This document shows positions 29,152-39,210 of a stretch of 64,000 nucleotides of DNA, piece by piece. The notes beneath the pieces were generated by a model. That model saw only the letters and a list, made by a program, of their open reading frames with translations, was not told where the DNA came from and ran no database searches. Positions within the stretch are counted from its first letter, which is position 1; every line of letters starts with the position of its first letter. Position numbers and translations under genes: made by a program. The DNA lies in contig CAZSJW010000003.1 in assembly GCA_964607285.1 (NCBI GenBank), positions 6,094 through 70,093 on the forward strand, read 5' to 3'. This stretch comes from an uncultured Pseudomonadales bacterium (lineage in GTDB: Bacteria; Patescibacteriota; Microgenomatia; UBA1400; PJMF01).

Positions 29152-29616
29152 TTACCGAGTCACTGTGATGACTACACCCAATTCTGCATCAGGCGCACTG
29201 ACTGTGATACGGTTATCTGAAGCACTGCGAACTACTTCATATCCTGTGGCATATGTGCCAGAACATGTTGTAATTGGGGCTGTATTCAATGTAGGGTCAG
29301 TAGGCATAGCAGCCAAGTACTCTGTGACTAAGTCTGAACAGATGTTAGCACCAGTATCACTGATTTCCAAAGATGAGGTGGTAATACCACCAGGGAGTGC
29401 ACCTTTATTATCAGCTGCATACTGATGAATAGCATTCAAAATAGCATTAACATCACTACTACGAGCAGTGTTGTTTGCCTGTGAGAACTGCTTTGCGGGA
29501 TTAATGGCAATCAAAACAATAGCCAGCAAGACAGCTAAAATACCAATAACAACTAACAACTCAATCAAGGTAAAACCTTTCTTGAAGTGTAATGATTTGG
29601 GCAGGAGATATTGCAT
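29152..29616 (-). CDS. type IV pilin (probable major pilin)
   Basis: KKG|FTLIELLVVIGIL class III signal, two Cys, own RBS and strong terminator. Confidence 0.9.
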   Translation of the reverse strand: MQYLLPKSLHFKKGFTLIELLVVIGILAVLLAIVLIAINPAKQFSQANNTARSSDVNAILNAIHQYAADNKGALPGGITTSSLEISDTGANICSDLVTEYLAAMPTDPTLNTAPITTCSGTYATGYEVVRSASDNRITVSAPDAELGVVITVTR

Positions 29617-29684
29617 ATGGAGTCTCTGTTACCTTGTGTTAGATAATATACTCCTTTTACTATAGAACCCATTCGATTACTGTG

Positions 29685-30809
29685 TCAAGTGCTTGTAACA
29701 ATTCGGACAGATAGTACTCCATCTGTGCCGTTCAGTTCTTGAATAATTGGCTCTGTTGTTACTACAGTTTTTACTGCATCAATAACAATTGCTCGAATTT
29801 GTTCAGAAGTATTCTCTGCAAACAAGATACTCGCTCGACTCACTGTGCCGCCCGAATTGTTTCCAGTGGTGATCGTTTTAAATCCTACCGCTTCTAAAGC
29901 CGTACGAACTTGATCAGCTTGACCTGGAATACCTGAGCCATTCAATACTTGCACAGATGCGGCTGCCAATTCTGCAGGGGTGGGTTCAAGTGCTGATGCT
30001 GCTGCACTTGCTGTGGGTGTTGGCTCTAAAATAGGTAAAGGTACAGAAATCGGAGTTGGTGCTGGAACCACTGGCAGCGGATCAGCAGTGACTGACCATC
30101 GGTAAACAAGTAGCAACGCAATGAGCAAAACACCGAACACTATGCTTAAAATAATTAATTGTTTTTTGTCTTGTGGTAAACCTGATTGGATTTTTTGGTC
30201 TGATTTGATTTTCTTTTCTCTTTCTTCCTCAGAAACAAAACTCAGTAACTTTAATTGATCAAAGGTCTTACCTAACTTAGTTACAATCTCAGAAGGCTTG
30301 GCTTGCTTTAGTAACTCGGCATTGATTGCGAACTGAGGTAAAGCCAACGTGACCCTGTAGTGATGTGAGTCAAAAACTTGCACCAATGGTCTATACAAAT
30401 TTTTACTTATTGCAACTGCAGCAGCTCCTTGTTGGAGTTGAAACACTTTGCTCAGTTTATGCTCAAACGGAACCATTCCCAGAAATCCCAAAAGTTGTGG
30501 ATCTTCGTTGGTTGGTAGTTTCGGGAAATCTTGCCTAAAGTAGCACTCTTCAGAAAAAATAATATATGTGTTCGATTCTGCTATTTTCTCATCATTTCTC
30601 CAACCAATTAGTTGTGTTTCAATGAATCGAGTATCCGCAAACTCCATATCTTGCATGACACCTTCAGGGTAGTCTAGAACCAATGGTTCTGCAGCAATTG
30701 CAGAAAAAAGTGTCATCCGCTTCAGTTCGACAAACACAACTAATGGGACTGTTGTGCCACCATGCGCTAAGTTTGATAAAGTAAGTATCATTCGAACTGC
30801 TCCTGCCAA
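29685..30809 (-). CDS. membrane protein with LytR C-terminal domain
   Basis: Cytoplasmic N-domain, TM, Pro-rich linker, VQVLNGSGIPGQA…L..VGF…GN. Confidence 0.75.
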   Translation of the reverse strand: MAGAVRMILTLSNLAHGGTTVPLVVFVELKRMTLFSAIAAEPLVLDYPEGVMQDMEFADTRFIETQLIGWRNDEKIAESNTYIIFSEECYFRQDFPKLPTNEDPQLLGFLGMVPFEHKLSKVFQLQQGAAAVAISKNLYRPLVQVFDSHHYRVTLALPQFAINAELLKQAKPSEIVTKLGKTFDQLKLLSFVSEEEREKKIKSDQKIQSGLPQDKKQLIILSIVFGVLLIALLLVYRWSVTADPLPVVPAPTPISVPLPILEPTPTASAAASALEPTPAELAAASVQVLNGSGIPGQADQVRTALEAVGFKTITTGNNSGGTVSRASILFAENTSEQIRAIVIDAVKTVVTTEPIIQELNGTDGVLSVRIVTST

Positions 30810-31189
30810 GATGTAACACTCAATACGTAATTAGTATACCCTGCTGTAACTACAATTGTCCTTTGAAAGCCCCCTACAACGCCGACTGAAGTAATTGTAA
30901 CAGGATCTACACCAGTAACAGTGATTGTGGCTGCTCCTCCGCCAACTGGCAAAGTTTCCCCTGTGTATCCAGGATCACGAAGAAAACGATACAAGGCATT
31001 TTCAATTCCACTCTCCGCGATATACAAAGCCTCATGACTGCGATCGAAACTACTAACCTGTTGAGTGCTTGTGATGGCAGCGGCAACAGTCGCTGTGAGC
31101 ACAACCATAGCAACAGCAGAAAAAATTAACAGCGCAGCGAGTGCTTGACCACTTTGCTGAGATCCTCGCTTTTTCACAGTTTTCAACAT
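30788..31189 (-). CDS. minor pilin, PilX-like
   Basis: SG|QALAALL (no Glu5), ALYIAESGIE. Confidence 0.8.
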   Translation of the reverse strand: MLKTVKKRGSQQSGQALAALLIFSAVAMVVLTATVAAAITSTQQVSSFDRSHEALYIAESGIENALYRFLRDPGYTGETLPVGGGAATITVTGVDPVTITSVGVVGGFQRTIVVTAGYTNYVLSVTSWQEQFE

Positions 31190-31689
31190 TAGCGAACTCC
31201 TATGGTAGTGGCAAATGATCTGTCCTCACTCCCTCTGGGTGGTTGTGCCCCAGCTGACGCTGTAAAACTGACTCGAAGTGAGTCGAAATCAGATCCATCA
31301 CTAACCCTCGTAAACTGCAAATCAGATATTGATAAATCTGCACGATGCATGCTCTGAGTACTCCCTCCAGCAGTAAGTTCAATGGCCGTTCCACTCAGTT
31401 GATAGATGAATGGTTGCCCATCGATCAGTAGGCTGAGCGTATCTCCGCTGGTTCCAGGAGTAGGAATAGTGATCAAATCAGCTCGGTAAACATCATACTC
31501 AATTCGTTGCAACAAATACTGCCCTTCTTGCGAAACGATTGAAACCGCCTGCCCTTCCATTTGTGTTTCTAAGCTAGTCAGAAACAATGTAGTTAAACCT
31601 GTCATAAAAACTGTCAACAAACCCATATACAACAACAGCTCGACTAAAGTAAATCCCAGCTGGTAAGTTTTAACAATTGTTTGTTTCAT
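31189..31689 (-). CDS. minor pilin, PilW/PulJ-like
   Basis: LG|FTLVELLLYMGL. Confidence 0.85.
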   Translation of the reverse strand: MKQTIVKTYQLGFTLVELLLYMGLLTVFMTGLTTLFLTSLETQMEGQAVSIVSQEGQYLLQRIEYDVYRADLITIPTPGTSGDTLSLLIDGQPFIYQLSGTAIELTAGGSTQSMHRADLSISDLQFTRVSDGSDFDSLRVSFTASAGAQPPRGSEDRSFATTIGVR

Positions 31690-33647
31690 GGTGAATAATT
31701 AACGGTAACTGAGTATAGTTCAGGAGTTTGCAATGAATCCTCAGAAGAAAAATAAGCTCTATACCGAAAACATCGCCCTGGATTTTCATACCCCGAACCG
31801 TCATTGTTAAATGGAATTGGACCATCGCTTTCAAAAAAAGTACTTGCTGTTCCATCTGGGCCAACAAATGAAAAACTAGCACTTGTGCAACTTCCGCTGA
31901 CTGGGTCAGCAACTGCAACCTGGTATTGAACATCCGTTACGTCACCAGGCTCAATATGTTGAATAAAAAAACGATTAAAAGCAACAGAGTACCCAGGATC
32001 TATAGATGAGGATTCAAAAGTGCCAAACATTGCGTAAGAACCACCTCCTGGTCCGCCTTCAATTACTTTAAACTCTGCAGCAGTATCACCAGTCACAATA
32101 TATGAATATGCATCTCCGTCAGCTTCTTGCACAGCTGATACGCCGTAAATGCCAGTATTTACTTCAATTCCACCACAGCGAACAGGGTTAGACTCATTTG
32201 CTATGTTAACAACTTGATATTCCTCGCCATTTGTTCCAACTAATATCACTTTGTTTCCTGAAACAGCAGTAACACCAGTTGGATTCATTGATCCCGAATT
32301 ATACGAACCTAAAATCGGCAAACTACCTGATTTATTGGTTGTGTTAATAATAAAAAGTTCGGATAAAGAGTTTGACTGTGTTGTAGCTAAATATGCTCTT
32401 GTACCTGTATCATTGACGAACACTTCACGCCCATACTCGCCATTTACGTTCGCCGTTGCCACACTGTAAATATTGGTGCGATTACTAACATTTGCCACCC
32501 TGAGTTCAGCTGAACCCCAATCAACTGCCACGTATGCATAGTTGTTTACAACCTGTAATCTCCTGCCCGTTCCCCATAAAAACAGCGAGTCTAACATCGA
32601 TCTTGATCCAGTCTTGCTAGTTACGTCAAAGGTTACCAACCAAGCACCTGCAGTCATATATCCTGTATTACCCACAACATAAATTCCGTTTGCAGTCCCA
32701 TAAAACCAAGGAGCATCAAAGTATCCTACTTCCTGATTTGTGCTTAGATCTATAATCACAATGTTTTTTGTGCCATCATCGGTAGCTATATATGCATAGT
32801 TTGTGTCAATGAAAATATCATTGGTATCGTATCCAGTGATAGTAGAACTAACACTAACTGAAGGAGGATCAGCGTTAGTAACAGCAATTTCCGAAAAGAC
32901 ACCTGTGTTTGCAAAATCAGTCCCAGCAAACGCTTTGCCCTCAATTGCTCTAACTGCCCTTGCTGCAGCATTTTGAGGTAAGTCTAGTTGTGCCACAATA
33001 AACTCGTTTGGAACACACCAGTCACCATTTCCTGCACTAGCCAAAATAACTTCCCCTCCCGCTGTACTAGTGGAAACAGTATCTGTAAGTGTGCCAGCCT
33101 CAAACTCTGCTTGGCTACTTTGTGTAACTGTCACGTTATCGCCAAACCGAGACAAGTACATCTGATGGGTTACTATTTCAGATTTCGGAATTGACCACCC
33201 AACCTCAATCGTAATCAATTTGGTTGAAGGATCCAGTGAGCCACCACTACTAACAATTTGTTGTGTATCATCTCTATACACGTCACTAATTTGAATCTCT
33301 CTAGTCAAAGTACCAACTGTTTCTCCCCCAGCGACCAAACTCCAACTGCCTGATTGAACTACAGGATGGTAAGTACCATTTGCTGCCACTGCATCCCACG
33401 TTTCATCTCGTGCAGCTCGGACTGCTTCTGTTGCTTCACGCACTAGTTGTGCTGCTTCTAATCGCTGCTCCTGTTGTGCTTTTCCCTCTCGGGTAATAAT
33501 AAAACCTGAAAGTAGAGCTGGAATTATTAGCGCAGCTACTCCAATTGCCACAAGAAGTTCAATCAATAACTGGCCCGTCTGATAACGTATACACCGAGGG
33601 ACGCTAGTAGCTTTATTCAAATATTTACTCATCGAGCAGTACCCCAT
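31686..33647 (-). CDS. large minor pilin (PilV-like) fused to LVIVD-type beta-repeat adhesin domain
   Basis: TG|QLLIELLVAIG, repeated YAYIA/YAYVA…IIDLS units, several Cys. Start may be the nearby ATG of MSKYL. Confidence 0.8.
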   Translation of the reverse strand: MGYCSMSKYLNKATSVPRCIRYQTGQLLIELLVAIGVAALIIPALLSGFIITREGKAQQEQRLEAAQLVREATEAVRAARDETWDAVAANGTYHPVVQSGSWSLVAGGETVGTLTREIQISDVYRDDTQQIVSSGGSLDPSTKLITIEVGWSIPKSEIVTHQMYLSRFGDNVTVTQSSQAEFEAGTLTDTVSTSTAGGEVILASAGNGDWCVPNEFIVAQLDLPQNAAARAVRAIEGKAFAGTDFANTGVFSEIAVTNADPPSVSVSSTITGYDTNDIFIDTNYAYIATDDGTKNIVIIDLSTNQEVGYFDAPWFYGTANGIYVVGNTGYMTAGAWLVTFDVTSKTGSRSMLDSLFLWGTGRRLQVVNNYAYVAVDWGSAELRVANVSNRTNIYSVATANVNGEYGREVFVNDTGTRAYLATTQSNSLSELFIINTTNKSGSLPILGSYNSGSMNPTGVTAVSGNKVILVGTNGEEYQVVNIANESNPVRCGGIEVNTGIYGVSAVQEADGDAYSYIVTGDTAAEFKVIEGGPGGGSYAMFGTFESSSIDPGYSVAFNRFFIQHIEPGDVTDVQYQVAVADPVSGSCTSASFSFVGPDGTASTFFESDGPIPFNNDGSGYENPGRCFRYRAYFSSEDSLQTPELYSVTVNYSP

Positions 33648-34137
33648 ATTGATTCACGGTAAACCCAGCACTCTCACCAGACTCTACGTTTGAAATAGTA
33701 ATTGTGTCTTGACCTGACATAAACCCAACAACTTCCCCACTGCCGTGCTGAAATACCAAGATATTGCTTGGAAGTTCAGTCGAGATACTCACCGCTTCTT
33801 CCATAATCGTTTCCACATTACCCTGAGCCCCTGGGACATACGAGGATCCCTCAAAAAAGGTATACCGATCTGCAGCAAAAAAAACCCCGAATGCAGAAGG
33901 TCCCGCAACTATACCTACATCCCCTTGCATAGCGCGTGCCTGCAGCAATCTCAGTTCTGAGCGAAGCGTCTCTGCTGTGCTTCGAACAGCTACCCGAGGA
34001 ATCAATCTAGACAAGCTGACAGAGCTAATCCCATACAACACAGCAACAATTCCCATCACTAGGATCAATTCAATTAACGTAAATCCAGATTGGACGACTC
34101 TCCTACTGTGAACAGGGATAAAAAAACTGGCGGGCAT
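33625..34137 (-). CDS. minor pilin, FimT/GspH-like
   Basis: SG|FTLIELILVMGI. Start at ATG 34137 (TATACT-GGAGGC-ATG) avoids overlap with the kinase. Confidence 0.85.
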   Translation of the reverse strand: MPASFFIPVHSRRVVQSGFTLIELILVMGIVAVLYGISSVSLSRLIPRVAVRSTAETLRSELRLLQARAMQGDVGIVAGPSAFGVFFAADRYTFFEGSSYVPGAQGNVETIMEEAVSISTELPSNILVFQHGSGEVVGFMSGQDTITISNVESGESAGFTVNQYGVLLDE

Positions 34138-34189
34138 GCCTCCAGTATATATGGTGTGTGTGCAGGTTGCAGCAGAGAATAGTATCAAT

Positions 34190-36487
34190 TTATACCCAAA
34201 AGCTAGATCGCGTCCTGATGATACCAACGTCCTCTCTTTTCTTGAACTCATCTTCTAACTTCTTAAAATCTTCTTGCGTATATTTTTTCAATGAAAAACA
34301 AAAGCTTGAACCCTTTCCTTCACCAGGAGATGTTGCCCATATTTCACCCTTATGCAACTCAACAACTGCCCGACTAATAAATAGTCCCAAACCTGTCCCC
34401 TGCGATGCATTCTGGTTTGTTTTGTAAGAACCCTTGATTAGGCCAAATTTTTGAAACAATTTACTGATAGTATCTGGAGTCATGCCAACACCTGTATCCG
34501 TAACACTAGTTATCAGCATGTCCTCTTCTTGTCTGAATGATATTGTTATCTTACCTTTTTTGGGCGTAAACTTTAAAGAATTTCCCAGTAAATTCATCAC
34601 CACTTCGCTCAATTTATCACTATCAGCGATGACTGGGGGCACTGCTCCCAATGACTTGCCTGTCCTGTCTGTACAGTGATCCGCTACCTCCACAGTAATA
34701 TCTAATTCATCTGTTCTAGACTTGACCTCTGCTACGATTTCAGTGACTAACGCTTGTAGATCTACTTTACCAACTGTCAAGGCAATGCGGTGTGACTCAA
34801 TTCGCGAAATATTGAGCATGTCATTCACTAATTTGATGAGACGATCCGTTGATAAATATGATCGTTCCAAATAGTATCGTTGCTTCTTAGAAAGCTGACC
34901 GCCCTTACCACTCAGTGCCATCCATATATAAGATTTTATGGCAGTCATTGGAGTTCTTAGCTCATGTGAAGCTATGGACACAAAATCATCTTTCAGTCTG
35001 TCAAGTTCCTTTAGACTCTTATTTGCCCGACGTAGTTTTGAGGTTGCCCGTAACACTTCATCCTCCAAAACAACGTTAAATTGTTTTATCTCTTCAAATG
35101 AGAGCGCATTGCGAAGCGCAATTGCAATTTGAGGTGCAATTAGTTGTAGTGTTTTGATGTCTTCAGAGGTATACACAGTACCAGTTTGCTTTTCTTGCAA
35201 GAGCATGCATCCCAAATAATCATTATTAACAATCAGGGGCAAGATCACAGCAATCTGTCTCTCTCTCATAATTGACTTGATTACGGACTCATCGATTTCA
35301 TCAAAGATGATGATTTGATCACGAGCTTTTCCCAAGGCATTCTTGACTGCTTCATATACTTGAAAATCATGTTTAAATTGCTGTAGTTGCGTATCAGATG
35401 TGGGTTGCAATGCCAAAGCATCTGAACCGTACAACCTAACTTTTTTATTATCGTTCCCAATCACAATTGCCATTGCAGAAATTTTCATCTCACCAGATAA
35501 TACTTTGATAAATCCATCTACTAACTTAGTGAGAGACAAAATCGATGTAGAAATTTTGCTCGTAAGTTTCAGCAAATCAGCTCGATCATAATCCCTGCGG
35601 TAAAAAATTGTTTCTGTTTTATGCTGTATCCAGCGTTTCAGTGGCTCAAAAGTCGAAACCACTCCAATTGTCACAGCTGCTGACGTCAAAATAAGGAGCA
35701 TTGATGGTTCTTGCCCTGAAAGCAAACTCTGTAAGTAGAAGACTGAAACGCTATAGACAGCAATAAAAATTCCCATTACTAAGATGTATCCTAATGACCT
35801 AACAATGACCAAGCTTAAATCCAAGAATCGGTGTTTTACGATTGCATAAGCAATCGTGCCTGCAAAAATAAGAGTAAAAATAGGGCCAAACATTACAAAG
35901 GAAGAAATCTGCAAAAGCGCAACAAACACAAAGTTGGTAACAGTCAACAAAGTGAATGAGGAAATGATTCCAGCAAGTAAATACTTGAGCTGAGTCTTCT
36001 CCAAACCGTGTGCCCTTCTAAACTTTTTGATCAAGATCCCAAATCCAGCAATCAGTGTTCCAAAAAACTGTATTGCAAAAACAGGCAATGCTGGTCCTGG
36101 CTGTGGCGTAATGACCCCAGCGACTACTGAAACAGAAGTGAACATAAATGGTGACATTGCCAATACAGAGGTAATGAATCCCATATACAGTATTAAGTTT
36201 TCCCACTTGCCTGAGATTGTAGAGTGGGTTCGAGGAAATGATGCCACCAATAAAAGAATTGCTGGACCTAAAAATGAAGTTACTACCATTACAACTCTAA
36301 TCCAAAATAAAGTTGTTGCCTCATCAGGAGCGTGCAAAGAAAAGTAATTAGTAAGTGTCCATAGACCAATCACTACAGTGAGAAACAAAAAATGCCGATG
36401 TGTATCTCCTTTTGTGTTTTTTAGATACACAAAAAAACCTAACAAAAAGTTAAGAACAGTAACTACAATTGCGACAAGAAGTTCCAC
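34190..36487 (-). CDS. sensor histidine kinase: N-terminal multi-TM (HisKA_7TM-like), GAF, HisKA, HATPase
   Basis: About 9 TM segments, YAIVKHRFLD, GAF (LPL…LG…K..G..Y..ED..L), ASHELRTPMT, NLLGNSLKFT, DTGVG, GTGLGL. Confidence 0.95.
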   Translation of the reverse strand: MELLVAIVVTVLNFLLGFFVYLKNTKGDTHRHFLFLTVVIGLWTLTNYFSLHAPDEATTLFWIRVVMVVTSFLGPAILLLVASFPRTHSTISGKWENLILYMGFITSVLAMSPFMFTSVSVVAGVITPQPGPALPVFAIQFFGTLIAGFGILIKKFRRAHGLEKTQLKYLLAGIISSFTLLTVTNFVFVALLQISSFVMFGPIFTLIFAGTIAYAIVKHRFLDLSLVIVRSLGYILVMGIFIAVYSVSVFYLQSLLSGQEPSMLLILTSAAVTIGVVSTFEPLKRWIQHKTETIFYRRDYDRADLLKLTSKISTSILSLTKLVDGFIKVLSGEMKISAMAIVIGNDNKKVRLYGSDALALQPTSDTQLQQFKHDFQVYEAVKNALGKARDQIIIFDEIDESVIKSIMRERQIAVILPLIVNNDYLGCMLLQEKQTGTVYTSEDIKTLQLIAPQIAIALRNALSFEEIKQFNVVLEDEVLRATSKLRRANKSLKELDRLKDDFVSIASHELRTPMTAIKSYIWMALSGKGGQLSKKQRYYLERSYLSTDRLIKLVNDMLNISRIESHRIALTVGKVDLQALVTEIVAEVKSRTDELDITVEVADHCTDRTGKSLGAVPPVIADSDKLSEVVMNLLGNSLKFTPKKGKITISFRQEEDMLITSVTDTGVGMTPDTISKLFQKFGLIKGSYKTNQNASQGTGLGLFISRAVVELHKGEIWATSPGEGKGSSFCFSLKKYTQEDFKKLEDEFKKREDVGIIRTRSSFWV

Positions 36488-36530
36488 AAAGTAAGTGTAG
36501 CACGGTCATTGAATCTGCAAGAATAGGAAG

Positions 36531-37997
36531 TTACTCTGTTCGGTACTGATACTCATACTTCAGTCCAAAGACATCCTTAACCGCTTCTCGAAGTACAGCC
36601 AAGAGACTAGTTTTTCCATCAGCATACTGCTGCCAAAAAATTGGATAGTTTTCTACAATTTCAGGCAAGTAAGCGTTATCTTCTGCTTCAGCTGTTGCTC
36701 CTATCATTGCATCTAAGTCCACAACAACTCTGTCTCTCACTGATTGACCATTCAATATCTTACTCACAACTCTGCTTTGAACAGCACCACTAGCTGCAGC
36801 ATTAATTCCACTTTGTGATAGGTAGTTTTGCAAACCTTGTGACCCTAACAACAAATTCACCATCTGTCTTGGCGGAAAATATTTCGTGCCAACAATTTCA
36901 ACTACCAGTTTTGTAAATGCCATTGCAGCATCCAGTCCCTGCTTAGTTTTTAACTCCGCCAGTTTTTGAATCAGTACTGACTTGGTTAGATGTTTATGCC
37001 CAAAAAAGCCTAATTTGGCAATTGTTCCGTTCCCCTGCATCCAGTCCTGAAAATCCTCAAAACTTGCTGTTTGAGGATTTGGCAGTAAGCTGGTTGGATA
37101 TTGATCAGTTACGATAGTTGCCTCGTGCGCCACGTTATTATTCATACAAATTGGCACACCCAAAGCATACCCAATACAACGCAACACTACTTTTGTGTGC
37201 AAATCATCTATGGCATCAACTACAACTACTCGTTCCTTTTGGATAGAGAGTTTCTGAATGAGTTCAAACAGCTCTTTGTGGGGCAAAATTCTAGGGTACA
37301 GGTACACACCCGCCATAGGGTTAGACTCAACAATATCTCTACCTGTCTGCAGTACTTTAGACTTTCCCACATCCACAGTGCCAGAAGTTTGAAGGCGCAA
37401 CACATTGGATTGATCTACTACGTCTGGGTCAGTAAGGTGTACTTCCACACCCAGCTTGCCTAACAACTTAGCTGAGACTTCACCCGAACTTGCTCCCAAA
37501 ACTATCACTGCTGCACTTTCCAGCTGAGCGATTTCCTGTGCTGAAACTACAGGGTTGAGTCTAGAAAAGTACAATGCTTTAAAATAAGGTGCCCTGGGTA
37601 GTAATAAGAAACTACCCGTAATTTGATTTTGGTATACCAAAATATTTTCAGGGTCTGAAATGAATGTAGCAATGAACTCATCTTCAGTTTTCATTCCCAT
37701 TTGCTGAACACTTAAAATGTTATTTTTCCACAGTTCATGTAGTTCATTCCAAAACATTTGAAGGTAAGGCAACATTTCTTTAGCTACTTCTTGACTAAAA
37801 AGTAGTGCATAAAATTGTTGGAACTCACTACTTGTGTTAGGAAACTGAGTTAGAATGTCTGTTTCGCGCACCACAGACTTTGCACAATTCTCCTGTAGCC
37901 AAAGCTGTTCTCGAGCTGCTTGAGAAGTGTGCCACACAAGTTGTGGTTCAATACTTGGAGCAATGTTTGCTTGTTCAAGAAACGCAGTGTGCGTCAT
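36531..37997 (-). CDS. ThiF/E1-like adenylyltransferase, Rv1355c(MoeY)-type
   Basis: FKALYFSRLNPVVSAQEIAQL, VIVLGASSG, TDPDVVDQSNVLRL, VGKSKV, ESNP, VVDAIDDLHTKVVLR. Confidence 0.85.
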   Translation of the reverse strand: MTHTAFLEQANIAPSIEPQLVWHTSQAAREQLWLQENCAKSVVRETDILTQFPNTSSEFQQFYALLFSQEVAKEMLPYLQMFWNELHELWKNNILSVQQMGMKTEDEFIATFISDPENILVYQNQITGSFLLLPRAPYFKALYFSRLNPVVSAQEIAQLESAAVIVLGASSGEVSAKLLGKLGVEVHLTDPDVVDQSNVLRLQTSGTVDVGKSKVLQTGRDIVESNPMAGVYLYPRILPHKELFELIQKLSIQKERVVVVDAIDDLHTKVVLRCIGYALGVPICMNNNVAHEATIVTDQYPTSLLPNPQTASFEDFQDWMQGNGTIAKLGFFGHKHLTKSVLIQKLAELKTKQGLDAAMAFTKLVVEIVGTKYFPPRQMVNLLLGSQGLQNYLSQSGINAAASGAVQSRVVSKILNGQSVRDRVVVDLDAMIGATAEAEDNAYLPEIVENYPIFWQQYADGKTSLLAVLREAVKDVFGLKYEYQYRTE

Positions 37998-38001
37998 TTC
38001 C

Positions 38002-39114
38002 TCACCAATCTATTGGCAAATTGTGTATATCAGCTAAGAGCTGTTCCCTATTATACATCGAAGAGTATGGTTGTGGCTCAGCATGATCAAATAAATAGGT
38101 AAAGAGTTTCTCGTCTTCTTCAAATACTTTTGTCCATGCTTTTCTCCGTTTTGGCACAGCCAAATATTCTAAGTGCTCTTCAACAGAAGAAAACTCTTTG
38201 CCATTCAATTGTGCCAATGAATGTATGGTTTGCAGATGAGACTTTGTGAGGATATTCTCACGATATGCTTGTAACGCAACTTCTAAAAAGTTTTCCCCCC
38301 ACCAGTACCCTGGCCAATATTTAAACAGTTCAGCTATTTGCGACCGCAGTAGCGGTTCATGTAAAGCCATTTGTACCTGATAGCTAGGTGGTAACGCTAA
38401 ACTAGTTTTAGTTTCTGGAAATGAAAATGTATGAGCAACACCTGCTTTGTCCGTAAAAACAAACGATTGATCACGTAGTCTTCTAGCAAGCTGTAACAAA
38501 AATACCGAATCCTTCTGATCAGTCTGCAGTAAAACCGAAAAGGTAGCAGCAAGTGCTACGGCCCTGCTGTTACGAAGTTTTGCCTCATAGATCTCTTCTG
38601 GAACATCTACGCACTCTGATATCGTAGAAGCCCTACTTAGCACAGATACTTGTGATAATGGTATTCTTGCGTCAACGACATGCGCCAGAGGTATTGTGCC
38701 TTCAGGTGTTACAACTACCCAATGCAGTAAATCAATCGGAAGATTGTTGTACCCTAGCTGCAAAGCTGGTCGAGCAGTCATATGAAAATATGTAGTTATT
38801 GTAGGCGTTTTAACTGTAGTCAAAAAAAGTATTGTGTCAGATAACTTGTCTTCTGGGGTTTCCAGCAATACTCTGTTCTTATCTTCACGATCTCCCCAGA
38901 TAGCATACGCTGCTCTGATTTTCTGAATTTTCTGCCACATTTCTGCAGATACTTGTGATGCAGAAACAGCTCCAGCATCTACCGAGAACTGTTGTCCATC
39001 GTACTCGAACTCAGTTCTCCTACTCACTAGACCCTTTGTTTCAACTGAAACTGGATGCAAAAAATCATTGATTGGTTCAACAGAATGTCTGATTGTCTCT
39101 GCTTGGGTCAACAT
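38002..39114 (-). CDS. hypothetical protein, possible LuxI/FeeM-like GNAT-fold acyltransferase
   Basis: KIRAAYAIWG…ETPEDKLSDTILFL…MTAR…VSVLSRA spaced like the LuxI R..F..W/E.D.yD/R/ElSR motifs. Lies 4 nt upstream of the ThiF gene. Confidence 0.5.
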   Translation of the reverse strand: MLTQAETIRHSVEPINDFLHPVSVETKGLVSRRTEFEYDGQQFSVDAGAVSASQVSAEMWQKIQKIRAAYAIWGDREDKNRVLLETPEDKLSDTILFLTTVKTPTITTYFHMTARPALQLGYNNLPIDLLHWVVVTPEGTIPLAHVVDARIPLSQVSVLSRASTISECVDVPEEIYEAKLRNSRAVALAATFSVLLQTDQKDSVFLLQLARRLRDQSFVFTDKAGVAHTFSFPETKTSLALPPSYQVQMALHEPLLRSQIAELFKYWPGYWWGENFLEVALQAYRENILTKSHLQTIHSLAQLNGKEFSSVEEHLEYLAVPKRRKAWTKVFEEDEKLFTYLFDHAEPQPYSSMYNREQLLADIHNLPIDW

Positions 39115-39210
39115 TGTAGAATATATATGGGGTACTGGTTAGGTATCTTTTGTTGCGTTTAGCCTCACTTTACTATACAGTAAACGCATGTTACAACCAA
39201 TGAGTATACA

